NCBI GenBank assembly: GCA_964187785.1
Contig: OZ076409.1
Location: 46,006,001 to 46,070,000, forward strand
Direction: 5' to 3'
Source: Amphiscolops sp. MND2022
Lineage: Eukaryota
DNA length: 64,000 bases
Made by a program: the position numbers and the translations under genes. Of this stretch, positions 11,853-24,747 are shown one piece after another; position 1 is the first letter of the stretch; every line of letters begins with the position of its first letter. Below the pieces are notes generated by a model. The model saw nothing but the letters and a program-made list of their open reading frames with translations. It made no database searches and was not told the origin of the DNA.

Positions 11853-14619
11853 TACGTTATACGTCTGATAAAATAAATACGTCTAAAGTGACTTGTACTT
11901 TTGATAACGAATGGAGATGAAGTAAAGCGTCATATGATAGTTACATCAGTGTTTTTCATGTTATGATAAGACGTCCTTCATGAAAAGGGTCCTTTTTGTG
12001 ACTATTTTTGACAGTCTGCAATTTTATTTTGAACAAAATGGGGAAGTTTGGCATTGTGCGACTTTTATGAGAAGCTAGTTTTTAAACAGAAACTGTCTTA
12101 TCTAGCCTAGTCAGATCCGTTTGTCCACATGCATTGGACACCATTTTGGAACTGAATTTCCAACAACAAGTTGTTCCCATGGCTTCCCAATTTATATAGG
12201 AGCAATAATTTTCAAACTGAATTGCATTGTGACTTTTCTCTCATATAACGCCTTTTCCGGTTAAAAAAGCACTGTAACCAAAATATCTACCACCAAATTG
12301 CAGATCTTTACATTTTTGGTAATGGTGAATTAATTGATCTCATTTACAATTAATTTTTTTTCTGGATAGATAGAAACTGTTGAATAAAAGTCAATCTCTA
12401 CCACAGTCAAGAAAATAATCATAACAAAAAAAAACAAAAAAACTGTTTCGAAAGGTTTCCACTCGAAAAACCTGTGCTTATGGGAAGCCTTTCCAGGGGC
12501 TATATTATTTTTACGTTTGTACATATATGTTGATTCTATACGATTATATATTGTACGCATATTATGAATTATTATCTATAGTGCACACTGATAAATAATA
12601 ATTATTATTAATATCTCTCCAATTTGCTTGAAGAAACTACCGTTTCCCCGATGAAATGTTGAGAACGGTAAAAGCGCACTGAAAGTAAAGTTTCGACTTC
12701 CTATCTGTGTGAAATTTCACGGCTCTGATAACTGAGCCTTGATCCAAAGTACTATTATGTCGGATCTTTTAACATAATAACATATTTCCAAAACATATTG
12801 GATCTTGAGCGGACAAAGCCATGCCAAATACTTTCCCGAATTGCCATTTGAAACCTATACATATCCATAAGTGCATGAACTAGAGTCTTCGAATAAATGA
12901 TAACTCTTGTTCAATTAGAAACATTCCGATACATTTCTTGTCTCATTCAGTCTGAAGGCTGTATGATGTTTTTCCCAAGGCGTATTAGTAGAAAAGGTCA
13001 CTGTGCCTCTTGTTCTTTATTTGTACCCTGAAAAGAAAGTTTTTTCCTGAGAAAAAAGTTGTCGAGAACGAACAAAAAACCGTCTAAACTTCCAACTGTT
13101 TACAAATTCATGAATCTGGCTCCATTTTTGAATTTTTGTACCAAGCTATCCGTTTAATTTTTTTAGAAATAATTTTTGGATGTTTCCGTAGGTATGAAAG
13201 TCCTAGGAGTTTATAAAAGAATCATCTAGGCTACCTAGCACACTGTTATGAAGAGAAATCCCAAGTTTTTACTTCAAATGGCTGTGAGAATGAAAAAAGG
13301 CAAAAAATCATGGTTTGGGCTATCTTGTTGTAATGATTATAGAATTACGCCCATAATTGTGCGGCTTCAAATATCTCTAAACGCACCATTCTTGAACACT
13401 GAGAGAGTCCTTCATCACTAGCATAAATACTAGTCTTATAGTATCTAGAACAAGATGGTTCTGACTTTCAAGATTCCTCGGCCCTCCTCAAGAACTTTGC
13501 TTGAGATGAAATTGAAAAAGAAACGTCGCAACTGTTTCAAGATTCAGATTACATAAATGTCAAGTTACCAAAGTGAAGTGTCATAAGCAAAATTAGAGCA
13601 CCAAGATAGTCGATTCTCAAGATTTCCGCATTAGAGGACCGTTGAGTTTATCTGTTGAAGTGTACTTGAAACAAGTACAACACCTTGTAATCTTTACCTC
13701 AAAATTTACTGAGAAAAAACTAGTTGAGTGTGTTCATACCACATTGTCAGTTGCGAAGGTAAGTAAATGACGGGGCAACAATTTTTCTCCTACATCAATT
13801 TTTCAAAATTGCTCTCTAAAATCAATTTTCTAAAAAGATCAACAGAGGAGTAAGATTTGCCTTACTTTTTAATTTGAATTGTTTTCTTTCGATTCCTGCA
13901 TTCAAAAATTTTAAAGACAAGTTTCATTAAATGGAAAATACAAGTTAAAATATTCATTTATGGGGCTTTGAATGTTTCTGAATCATTTGGTAAAGTAAAA
14001 GACGAATTTTTTGACAAAATTCCAAGTTCATTTTTCTCAGGATTTTCAGCTTAAGTGTCCTACTTAGTTTCAAACACAGGGTTCATTGGAGCATTGATGA
14101 AAAGTGAAACAGATTTTTTTCGAAAGCGTCTTCGAAGTGGCAAAAATAATCAGAATTCTTGATCATTGATCATGACAGTCCCAAAGCACAAATGATCTGT
14201 CCTCTAGTCCGTTTTCAGTCTCACATTGCATGAAAATCTAATAGAGTATGCCTTTGCTATTGCTAACAACCGACTTTTGTTTTTGATCAAACAAACCTGA
14301 AGTCAATTTAAAAACTGGTGATGTTGCCCAAAAATCGGATAAAGTTTCTAGTAACTGGAAACAGTGAATTAGGACAACTACATTAGGAAACAATATATAC
14401 CTGCCAATATAAACGAAACACTATATCGATAACGAGTGACAGCATTTCAGAAATACAAGTAAGCTCTCGAAATAAAATTTGATTCCACCAAGTAATTATT
14501 TTATCCAAAAATGATCGATTTAAACCACGCGTTCATAGAATCATAGAATAAACTCACGTTTTTAGTCAGCGCTTTTCTTAAGCAAAGAGTCGACTATAGT
14601 CAGGGCTTTTCGTTAGTGT

Positions 14620-14940
14620 TTTTAGTCAACGCCTTTAAGGAAAAAAGCCCGACTATTACAGTGGGCAATTCTTTTTCAGTTCACTCTGAATGGTCCACTT
14701 GTTTGTTCATTTGCTCCGTTTTTTTAACAGAGGTGTTTCAAATCGGATATAACGTTTCAAAGTTCGCATGTAATGTTTTCAAAGTTAAATTTCGGATGTA
14801 ACTTTTTCAAAGTTCGGATGCAGCGTTTTCAAAGTTCGGATATCACGTTTTTACATCTCATAGCTTTATCGATTTTTCCCAACTTTCACAATTTGTTGAG
14901 CCTTAGATATGTCGCCGACTTGGTCCGTTCCCGGCTGGTT
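14620..14940 (+). mobile_element. Non-autonomous Helentron-like (HINE/DINE-type) element
   Basis: 5' TTTTAGTC...CCGACT palindrome; 3' GAGCCTTAGATATGTCGCCGACTTGGTCCGTTCCCGGCTGGTT end shared with other copies. Confidence 0.65.
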
Positions 14941-15433
14941 TTTAGTCGGTGCCTTTTCCCTTAAGGAAAATAGCCCGACTATTACAGTGGGTAGTTTTTT
15001 TTCAGCTGACAATCTCACTTTGAATGGTCCACTTTTTTACAATCTTTTTCATTTGTTCAACTGATATTCTGAGAAATAGGAGATCGTGGGTTCGATTCTT
15101 GCACTAAACCACAAATTTTTTATGCTTCCAAAAGTAGAGGCGAGACCAAAGGGTCCCCCTTTGGGTTTTTTGCGGCACTATGCGACTTTTTTCCGAAAAT
15201 TTTTGAATTCTATCAAAAGGTACACCCTTGCATTCTTTTGAAGTTTTCGGTTTGTATAAACGTTTAATGAGCCTGAGACTTTTTTAAAGAAAAAACTTTT
15301 TGGAGAAAAGGAAATTTTTTCCAAAAATACTTTTTTGAAAAAAAAATATTTTTTCCAAATGTTTCCAAAAGTTGTTCCTTGAATATTTTTGAGCCTTAGA
15401 TATGGCGCCGACTTTGGACGTTCCCGTCTTGTT
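14941..15433 (+). mobile_element. HINE-like element with an internal tRNA B-box segment, head-to-tail with the previous copy
   Basis: 5' TTTAGTCGG...CCCGACT; GTGGGTTCGATTC at 15086; 3' GGCGCCGACTTTGGACGTTCCCGTCTTGTT. Confidence 0.7.
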
Positions 15434-15549
15434 TGACACACCTGAAGTGGCTAAAATAGTTCTACCAAAAATTCTACAAATTGTACACTTTGGCCCAAGG
15501 AACTGAACGAAAAAAAATTTCCTCTTTTTACGCCTAACATACAATACTG

Positions 15550-15920
15550 GTCGAGACTAAAGGGTCCCCATTTCACTTTTTTCAGCTTCAAAAAAATATC
15601 CCCAAAGGGCCACTCTTCAATTTTTCTGGAGTTTTGCGACTGAATGGATGTTGAGAAATGTTGAGAAATCCCAAAGAGTCCCCCTTTTCAGTTTTTTTCG
15701 GCATTTCGAGACTTTTTTCAAAACAAATTTCCCTTCAATTTTTTCGTTGATTTGCGACATAATGGATGAAAAATCTCAAAGCATCCCCCCTGCCGCGCCA
15801 GTTTGGTCCAACTTTTGGGTTTTTCGGGTACTGTAGAAGAGAATACTTTGACACTTTGAAATCCTTTTGCTATTTTTGAGCCTTAGATAGGGCACCGATT
15901 TTGGCAGTTCCTGGCTTGTT
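15550..15920 (+). mobile_element. 5'-truncated HINE-like element
   Basis: AAAGGGTCCCC internal repeats and 3' GAGCCTTAGATAGGGCACCGATTTTGGCAGTTCCTGGCTTGTT. Confidence 0.6.
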
Positions 15921-16522
15921 GGTTACAAGTTTAGGCAGTTGTTGTAAATTTTGAACGGTTGTTGTAAATTTTGAAAGAAAAATTTTACAGAATCTTGGAC
16001 CTTTCAATGACACCACACAAGCAATAGTTTCACATTCTCATATCAACAGGTTGTCTTGTTTGCATTGTTTAACAAAGTTTTCAAGGGTAGATATGTACAG
16101 GTTAACATTATGAACTCTCTGCGTTAATAATCGCTCAAAATCGTTTAAAAAACATTTTGTTTGAACCACCAGTGTGCGGTTCTCTACAAGCCGCCAACTT
16201 TGTATCTCTCGTTGCTTTCACTGTCAATCATTTTACCTCAAGATCCAAACATAACTTAGGCTACGATATAGAAGTTTCCATCACATGCGGTGGCTTGCCC
16301 CACCAAAGATTTATGCAATCCTTTGATGTAACTACCACCTCACTTAAGAATTTTTGAGAAGTTTTGGACAATTTTTCAAGAAGGGAACGCATTAGAAATA
16401 TGAAAAGAAAGAATTCAAGTACTTGATTGCTTCTTTTTAGAGTGTTTTTACCCTTTCATTTTCAATTTCGAAGCGGCTCGGACTTTTGAGAGAAAAAAAT
16501 CCGGTTCCGATCATTTTTACTT

Positions 16523-17850
16523 CGCATTGCTTTGCGTATTCTTTGAACAGTCAGAAAACACAACATTCGAAGGTGAGCCTCGAAAAAAAATAAACAAAAA
16601 TAATGAAAGTTATAAAGCGAAAGTTATAAGCGATGTTTTCCAGCGATGTTTCAGTTTTGGAAAAGTTCACAGTATAAATGTTTTTCGTGTCTTACGGTAA
16701 GGTTCTTTTACAATACAACTTTCGCATCTTGATCTAGTTTGTTATTTTTGTTTTCTTGAACGAAAAATTTCAGTTTTAGCACAGGAATTGTTTCCGTTTT
16801 CGCCTCCAGTTTCCGTAAATAGCTACGAGAAGCGCTGGTGGAAAACTCAAACGAACGTTTCCACTCGGGCTGTAGCAAAGGCGATTTCCTCTACGTGGTA
16901 AGAAAATTCCACTGCATGTACGTGGGTTCAAAAACCACGATAAACAGAAAGTTTTTAACGCTTGCAAGTATATGGGGAAGGCCATAATCTACTGCATTTG
17001 CGTATTGTTTGAACATTCAGAAAACACAACACTCGAATGTGAGCAGTGCTCTGATTTAAAACGTTTGACAGTTTATTAAGCTTCGGAAGCGACTTTTTGC
17101 AACGATGTTTCACTTTTGAAAAAAATCGCTCAACAAAATTTACCCGTGCAAGGAATACTAACTCAATACAAAATAAAATTCAAAAACGTCATACAGTTTT
17201 TGAAGACACACACTGATCATCAGCTTCAACTTTCCCATTCTGATCTAGTTTGTTAGTCGGCGTTTTCGAAGAAAATCCCGACTCTTACAGTTGCTAGTTT
17301 TTTTTCGTCAGTTCAACGCCATCGGTCCACTTTTTGCGCATTATGCACGTTTACCAAATGTACTTAGTACTTCATTTTCAACGCATCCAAAGCCTCTAAC
17401 ATGAGATAAAAACCCATTCCAAAGCAGAAGGGTCTCCCTTTCCACTTTTTTCGACACTATGAGACTGTTCAAATTTCTCATTTTTTTCCGAATTCTTTCT
17501 ATTGCTCCATCATTTTTTTTGATATTTTGTAACAGAATGGATGTTTAAAAAATCACAAAGGGTCCCTCTTCTACATTTTTCGGCACTGTGCGACTTAACG
17601 GAGACCAAAAAAAATCGAAAAAAATTCAGAAAAATTTTTTCCTCGATTTTTAGTTTTTTGAGAGCTTTTGTTGTCTCCAGTTGTAGAAAAAGTGGTTTTC
17701 GAGTCCTATTGAGACTTAGATATGGCGCCGACTTGGGCCGTTCCCGGCTTGTTATTTTTTGTTTTCTCAAAGGTAGAATTTCATTTTCAGCAAAGAATTG
17801 GTTTTTTTCGTTTCTCCAGTTTCTGCAAATAGCTAACGAGTATTTCAACT
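16523..17850. repeat. Old ~470-bp tandem duplication; the second unit is interrupted by a HINE
   Basis: TTTGCGTATT.TTTGAACA.TCAGAAAACACAACA.TCGAA.GTGAGC at ~16530 and ~16997; GATCTAGTTTGTT at 16731 and 17242. Confidence 0.7.
17254..17753 (+). mobile_element. Full-length HINE-like element
   Basis: AGTCGGCG...CCCGACT 5' palindrome; 3' GCCGACT sub-TIR plus GGGCCGTTCCC hairpin plus CTTGTT; paralogous empty site at 16731-16760. Confidence 0.8.
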
Positions 17851-18934
17851 GTCGCAAACAGGAACAAGTATCGGTTGTGATATTTCAAACGTTGTTTCCA
17901 ATGTTTTTGCGACATTTTTTCCTTTCACTTGTCTTGACAGCAGTAAATTATGTGTGTCACCAGGTTTTCAGAACACTAGGGGCATTTTAGTTGAGACTAT
18001 TCCGTCGCTTTTTCGCTTTCAAACAACTGAGTTTCGTAAGTGTCGCTCGCGTATTTTCCAAAGGCCTCCTAAAACTATGAACGAAATCATTCTTCCATTG
18101 CGCTAGGCTGGACAATACAAACCAAACAAACTTGTGTATTGACAATGTCTGTTTCTGAAGCGGCCCAAGTGTGACGTTTTAGCTTTAAGGTATAAATATT
18201 AGTTTTCTCATGAAAATCAATTAATTTCTGTAAATAATGCATCAAAAGATCCGCCACTGAAACTACTAAAGTTAACCAAGCGAGAACGTTTAAAGTCGTT
18301 GCCACGCCTAATGCCTAAAAAAGCAAAGCTTTTGAGATATGATCAAACCAATTTCAAACAAATTCTCACAAAAATAATAGCGCTCAAAAGACACAAAATG
18401 AGTCCTCCCTACCCGAAACATTCCCCAACTGAACAGCACAGAAACCCTAGACAGAACTTATTTTTTGAAAACTGTTCCAATTTGCCAGAAAATTTGAAAG
18501 TGAGACCCTCCAAGTTCTTAGAACGTATAGCTATAAAAGGTCGTCCAAAAATTTAGAACCGACAATCAACGAATTGTTTCAGAAGATGTTCTGTTTTGTG
18601 CGGAACCATCAAAAACCACTCTAGCTTATTTTGTAGTGCTGCTTTATCCGAGAACAGCGTGATTGGGAAGAAAACGACATGACCGGTAATTTTCACAAGT
18701 TCATCAATTGGACAGCGCGTCAAGACAGCGCATTGAACATTGAGATTACAATCTTGGCCTAGAGCCAAGTAAACTGATATGTTTGATTGTGTTAAATTTT
18801 TACCTCCGATGCCTTGAATCGTGACGATACTCTCTCGACTTTCTGGATAAACCCACTGAGAACAGTCTTCCATTTTGAAGCTACTTTTTACTCCAGAATC
18901 AAGACAAGCGCGACAAATAAAACTTCCATCCTAC

Positions 18935-19663
18935 TGTAACGATAAGCGCTGGCGCTTGAACCGCAACGTAGAGTGGAGGAACTAGAACAGCGAATATAAT
19001 CTGGGACCTAGATCTCCGCGGCTCTAGCTCATTTTCCCTCCGAAGGAGCCCGTCCCAAAGTGGGGGAACCGCCTTGTAGGATACTCTCTGGCCTGGTCGT
19101 AGTCTGTAACTGCTAAAAGTAACAGGCATCTTGCAAGACTCAAGACCACTGCTCAACTAGCCTTTAAAAATCGGGCTGAAAATCGATGAAGGTTGAACCG
19201 TAATATTGGAGAATCTGATAAAATCGCCAAATTGGATAAACAGATGTTAAATAACAGCTCTCGAGCACATTAATTTGTCACATCGAAGAATACAACAAGA
19301 AATCAAGAGTTCAGAGTCATTTGATAGAAATTGACCTCAGCTTACCAGCGCTAGCGCTAGTTGCCACACAGGATACCGCAGGGATACTAAGGTGAACATC
19401 TGGAACACTGGTTTTCTCTACTGTAGTAATGGATATCTCCCAGAGATAGACACAATACCGTGTTCTGTATGCGTTGGGGACGTCTTTTTTGTCGTCTCCG
19501 GTGCTTGTTCGTCGCGAGCGGCGATTTCTGTTTTTTTGGCTTGCTTTTTCTGGCAGGTACTTCGTCTTGAGCATGTTTGAGTGCCACGTCAAATTTGAAC
19601 GAATTTTTGACAAAAATTCTAAACATGTCGGTTGATATTGCTGTACCAGAGCTTGCCGTTACA
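18935..19663 (-). repeat. 3' LTR
   Basis: TGTAACG...CGTTACA; ~25 substitutions relative to 36817-37545. Confidence 0.97.
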
Positions 19664-19672
19664 TCACTCCCC
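19664..19672 (-). promoter_or_regulatory. Polypurine tract
   Basis: Minus-strand GGGGAGTGA directly abuts the TGT of the 3' LTR. Confidence 0.75.
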
Positions 19673-20419
19673 AGGCTCCTGGCTTGTCGTCCCTGGCAAG
19701 CGGCGTCTGGCTCGTCCGGAAACTGCATCGCAGTGACTGCTGGGAACCATCATCCACACATCGGGGAACAAGGACGAGTCCTTGTTTTTCGGCAACAATT
19801 TCGGTCAGTTTTTGCGGTTTTTTCGAGAAAAAATACTTACTGCCTAGCTATTTGTACAAAACACGAACGGGGTTTTAGCACCAGCTCGAGAGCTAAAATT
19901 TTCAGCCGGTTGAAACTCGTTTGGGCAGCCAACTTACGTAAAACTTTTTTGCGACCAAAGTCGGCTAAAATTTCTTTTTCTTACCATTTGACACTTGTAG
20001 TCTTCAATTCACTTCTGGCGGTTAAAAACTTTTTTCAGAGCTTGCGGGCTCTTACGGTGAACAACCAAATTGATGAAGAACACTAGACTAGAAAGAAAAA
20101 TGCAATCAAGAGGGATAAAACTTCTTTTGATTGTGACAACTCAAAAACACCGCGAACGGTGCGCAACAAAAATAGCAGTTTTCTGAATAATAGTTTTTCT
20201 TTTCTTTCTGCTTGGTAGTTCAAGCCACTGGGGCAGGCGTACTCTATTGGCCGTACACCCAGTGCAACACTAATGGTACACTAATCATATAACCATAACT
20301 ATGAACAAAAATTGCACTTCGTATTGTAGCACCGTTCTGGATGAGAAGTTTTAAGGCACTGTTTTGTTGGCAGTTTTTGAGTGTCTAGGGAGCGCGAACG
20401 CTCCCGTTAGCGGCTGGGT

Positions 20420-23400
20420 TTATTGAGCCGAACTGCGTCGGGTCCGCTCTTTAGTGGTATCATCTGGAGTCTGTTCTGGGTTATCGGTCGACACTGACGC
20501 TCGACGTCGGGGAGAGACTTCTGTGGCAACCGTTTCAGAGTCCGACAGATCTTCGGGGAGCGACAACTCGGCAATGGGCTGCACTAGTGCTGCATTGGGA
20601 GTCAACTCAGCTGCGTGCTCTCCTGACTGCTGCTGCAAGGACTGAGGACTAGTTCGTGACGAAGACGGGCCAACTGGTTCTGGCTCCAAGTTGTGGGTTG
20701 GAAGGTTAATGGTGATCGGTTGAGAGATGGGCCGATCCAAAGACATCGCCATCGTCGGCGCGAGCATGGTAGGCGCGAACGCCTGTTGTCTCGCTATTTC
20801 TGATCTGCCTTCTACGGCTAATGCGACTCGGCGTGAGATCCACCCAGGTTGGCTCCAGAGCTCGCAAGCTCTCTTCCATTTAGGGAAGCTAGCAATCTCC
20901 AACTCCAGACAGTACTCTTCCCATCTTGCTCGTTCTGTCGAGCCCAACACGGAATTGATCTCATCATGCTGGACGATGGACATATCTCCAGACATGGTCA
21001 TCTTTCCTGTAGGCTTCCATGCCGACTTCCGGGGGAATGGGATAACGCGGGATTGGAGATTTCTTTGTCTGATCTGAGCAGCGCCTTCAATCCATCCTGG
21101 GATCTGGGCTGGTTCCAGGTGCTGGATCTGACGGTTGAAAATCTCAGGAGCGCGTCCAACGGGTTTCGCCCTTGGCCAACCTAACGGTTCCTTCCAATAG
21201 CGGTTTGGGAAGGCGATGCATTTAAAGCAGTACAAAGGGTCTACAGGTGGACCAGCACTAGTGCTGGCGCGAATCGCTTTTCTTATGAATTCCTGACTCC
21301 ACGGGAATCTGAAGGGGACTCCTTCCAAACTGAGAGGTGCGGAGTACCATTTCACAGGCCCATGTTCTCGAGGCAGAGGACATGCTTTCCTTGTGCGCGC
21401 GCGCAATAAACCCATCAGGTTCTCCTCCAGCTCTTTTTCAGACTTCAGGGTCGTATACCCATGCGGCACTTCACCACTCAGCACGGCATATATTACCCTT
21501 GGATATGCCAGTGAGGGACGGCCTCGCAGATAAGTGCTAAAGGAGACCATGTGTACTTGGACTGCTGTTGCTAATGGCTTGGTAGGGTATCGGCACACGC
21601 CCACTGCGCCAAAGATGGGGGCCAGGACGGGAGCCATGGCTGCCACGAAATCCTCTACCTCAGCCAGGGTGAGATCAGCGATCTGCTGCGGCAAGGGGAA
21701 TCCTGCCGTTTCTCGTGGGATTTGCTGGTCTGAGTTGTGTAGTGGCTGGGATTGGTCCACACCCACGAATAGACCGGAGGCAAACACCAGGGTGGAATAT
21801 AGCCAGTGCTGGATCGACGCACGCATGCGCTCCAGTTGGGCGGAACAATCTTGTTGGTCCTTTGAAGTCATTAAATGTCCCCAACGGGTCAGGCTGCGAA
21901 GTTGTCCTTGTGCCAGGACCAAGTAGCTGTAGAAAACGGTGAGGTCGCAGGCAATTACGATGTCGACTAGTAGGGCTAGTGGTCCGGCTACAAACTTCGT
22001 TGGACCCATCGCTAGCGCGAGCGCTAGTATTTCTCCGACAGTTGCCTCTCCAATGGTTTCTGGTAGCTTGTCCGTTTGCGTGGGGGTCAGCAAAAACTCG
22101 GAAGTTAGCACTTCAAGGTTCCATCCCAGACCAAGACTGGTACAGAAGGCTTCCAATGGACAATTGAGCTCTCGAGCTACTTCTGCTAGAGTCCTGGTGG
22201 CAAACCTAGTTTGATACCAATAGGCGTAAGTGGTAGCTGCGGCGTCGACCTCGGCCTTCGGATTGGTTGCTTCAATTGCCACGATGCATCGCAGTCCTAC
22301 GGACAGCTTCACGGGCTCGATTCCTGAGGCGAAGTGGATCTGTGGGATTGTCCTCTCAACGGTGCGCGCTGCAGGCCATGCACCGATTTGTTTTGTCAGC
22401 TCGGCTAACTCTGCACGCACTGGGATTTCTTTGTCCTTTCGCACTAGCCAATTGTAACGACGAACAGCCTCTCGTTCGGTCACATTTGACTCTCGGGCGA
22501 TACGATTGCCATCAAGGTCGAAGGCCATTCTGCCCATCCGCATTCCATGATCATAGAGGATAGCGTCGTCAATGGTTAGCTGGGCATTTCCCGAGCGTTC
22601 TATAGCAACGAGCGCTCTAGATATGGCGGCAAAGAAGGCTGGATACGATAAGGTATCTGGGCGCAGGTCCTCTCGGTCTACACGCAGGTTTGGTGCACAG
22701 ACAGCGAATTCAACTGCGCGCCTTGCATACCTCCAGCAGAATGTAGACGAACTGCTGCAGACTTCGTGGCAAGTACATAAATCCTGGCGGGGTTACAAAG
22801 ACTCCCAAACGACCCCGAAGGATCCCTGCGGCACGTTCCATTGCACCGACAACCTCATTTACTAGGGCTGCAATGTCTCCAGGCCGTCGGACCTCGGACA
22901 TTATGGCGTCTAGATCACGCAGCAACCCTTCGCAAGCCATGTGATCTAGAAGATTGGCAAAGATCACGCGCTGTGGGGGTGGCTCCTTCTGTGATCCTCT
23001 TAGGTTTGGATCGTATATGGCTCCAACCATCTCAGCGATCTCAGCGAAGCGAGACAGGGGCATAGTCAGTACCAGCACGTCAGGCATCAAGTTGTCAATA
23101 GGCAGATCACTCCGGCAGGTAGAATCAACTGCCATGCAGTAGCGCGCGCGCTGCAAAGCTGCTTTCAATAGGGGTTTCAGAGATCTCAAGTTGCGGGCGT
23201 AGCGGGCGTTCGCTTCCCATGTCTCACCTTCTCGCAACACATACCGTGCGGGGAAATGCTCGGTTATGTTATGTTGCAGGGGTGCCATGTAATCGTTAGT
23301 TGTCGTGGGCAGCTGCTCTCGAGCACGCTGTTCCCAAGCCTGCTCCGACATATCTGCGTCACGGGGGCGTAGCGAACGTGTGACCTGCGCCGGTACTGTG

Positions 23401-24460
23401 GTTCGATTGATTTCCTTTTGCTCCGTCTCAGTGGGAGGGGCTCTTTTCTTTATAGCGCATTGACTGGGGTAGAGATGCTCAGCGGCCATCCAAATGCGTT
23501 TGCTATCATTTGTGACTACTGAACCAGATACGTCATCAGATGGAGGGAGGAAGGCTGGAGGGCGGGCCTCCTCCACCGTCTCAGGTATCTCCAGGGACAT
23601 ATCTATTGGATTCGTGCCCGAGGGCACAAAGCTCACTTCCGAGCCTGCATCCGGATCTCCATACTGCTCGATTGCGTCCGCTAGAGACATCTGAGGCGCG
23701 CCTCGGCCTAGATGACCCACTCGGTACGGAGGCCTGGGGATGACTACACTTTTCAGCTGGGGTCGAGGTACATCAGCGCGCTTGTCGGGAGGGGGACGAC
23801 TAGTCGGGCTCTCGGGTACTGAACCAGCTGGGGTGACTGAGGCAGTTTCGTCGGTTAGTCGCTTTCTCCCGGCTTCTTCCCGTGTGCCAGTAGCAGCGCT
23901 TGCGCTGTTGCTTGGTCCAGCAGCAATTTCTACATCCATAGATGCTGTCTCGACTAAAGGAGCAGGCGGTCACAGCCCGAGGGCTGAACAGCAGCTTGCA
24001 GATAAGTGGCTAGTCCAGGGATTCACTGCTCTACGGCACGGACAAAATCGGAGGAGTTCGGATAGTTGGCCACTGCTTGTAATGCCACAATTACGGCCTG
24101 TTCGCTGGTACTCCTTCCAGTCAGCTCTGGGTTAGGTATGGGTGGCAACCGGGACCCCGAGGGCTCCCGATCAGAGACTGGTGCACTAGTAGTGGTTTGC
24201 AGTACCATGTGTGGCGCTCGGTAACCAGCTACTTCCGTCACCAGAGACACAGATACACCTGGCAGCGTCTGCATCGTGTCTAGTTGAGAGAGCAGGGCGG
24301 CCACGCCCGCTACCGCTAACGGTGAGAGGCCGTTCCTCAATCGTTCTTCTACATATTGGACTTGATTAGTCCTCTGCGCTCGCGCAGGCAATTCTTGAGA
24401 CCTATTGCTATGAGGTCCCGTCGTGGGAATAGGCACCGTGTTGTTGGGGTAAATAGCCAT
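20420..24460 (-). pseudogene. Extra ORF3 of the retrotransposon (~1350 codons if repaired), with an SGNH/GDSL-like domain
   Basis: ORFs 24023-24460, 22710-23939 and 20420-22543. After ...VCKAR a frameshift gives VEFAVCAPNLRVDREDLRPDTLSYPAFF...DHG, which runs in frame into the 707-aa ORF. The link to the 145-aa ORF needs one TGA plus one frameshift and is less certain. Confidence 0.75.
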
Positions 24461-24747
24461 TATATCATAGGTCTAAAAAGGATTACCGTTAGGCTTACCA
24501 GGTGCATTGTGGGGAGAGCTTAGGGCTCATCATCCAGTTACAATGGTACAAAGATGGCTCCATAAGGGAACCGCAACAAGTTTAAATTGTAGTTCAACTA
24601 ACTAACTAGAACATAAAGATAGGAGTTATTTAACGATACGTTACGAGGTAATCATTCCTTGGGATAGTTTAAGACTTCCTCCCAGACATAACAATTACCG
24701 GGGTGGATAAATTGAATAGGGGGTAACAGAAAAGAGTTTTGGGCAGG

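Noticed and set aside
12100..13760. Exon-like or coding-like patches, including an AG|GTAAGT donor at ~13758
   Set aside because: Multiple stops in the frames I read and no recognisable protein motif.
18553..18873. 106-aa ORF faintly resembling a retropepsin flap (IQGIGG)
   Set aside because: No D-[ST]-G motif; probably antisense to a decayed plus-strand relic.
19317..19613. 98-aa ORF present in both LTRs (also 37199-37495)
   Set aside because: Non-ATG start, no recognisable motif; it is shared simply because the LTRs are duplicates.
20420..22543. ORF3 as an envelope gene
   Set aside because: No signal peptide, no furin site followed by a fusion peptide, and no C-terminal TM anchor; the C-terminus is hydrophilic and disordered.
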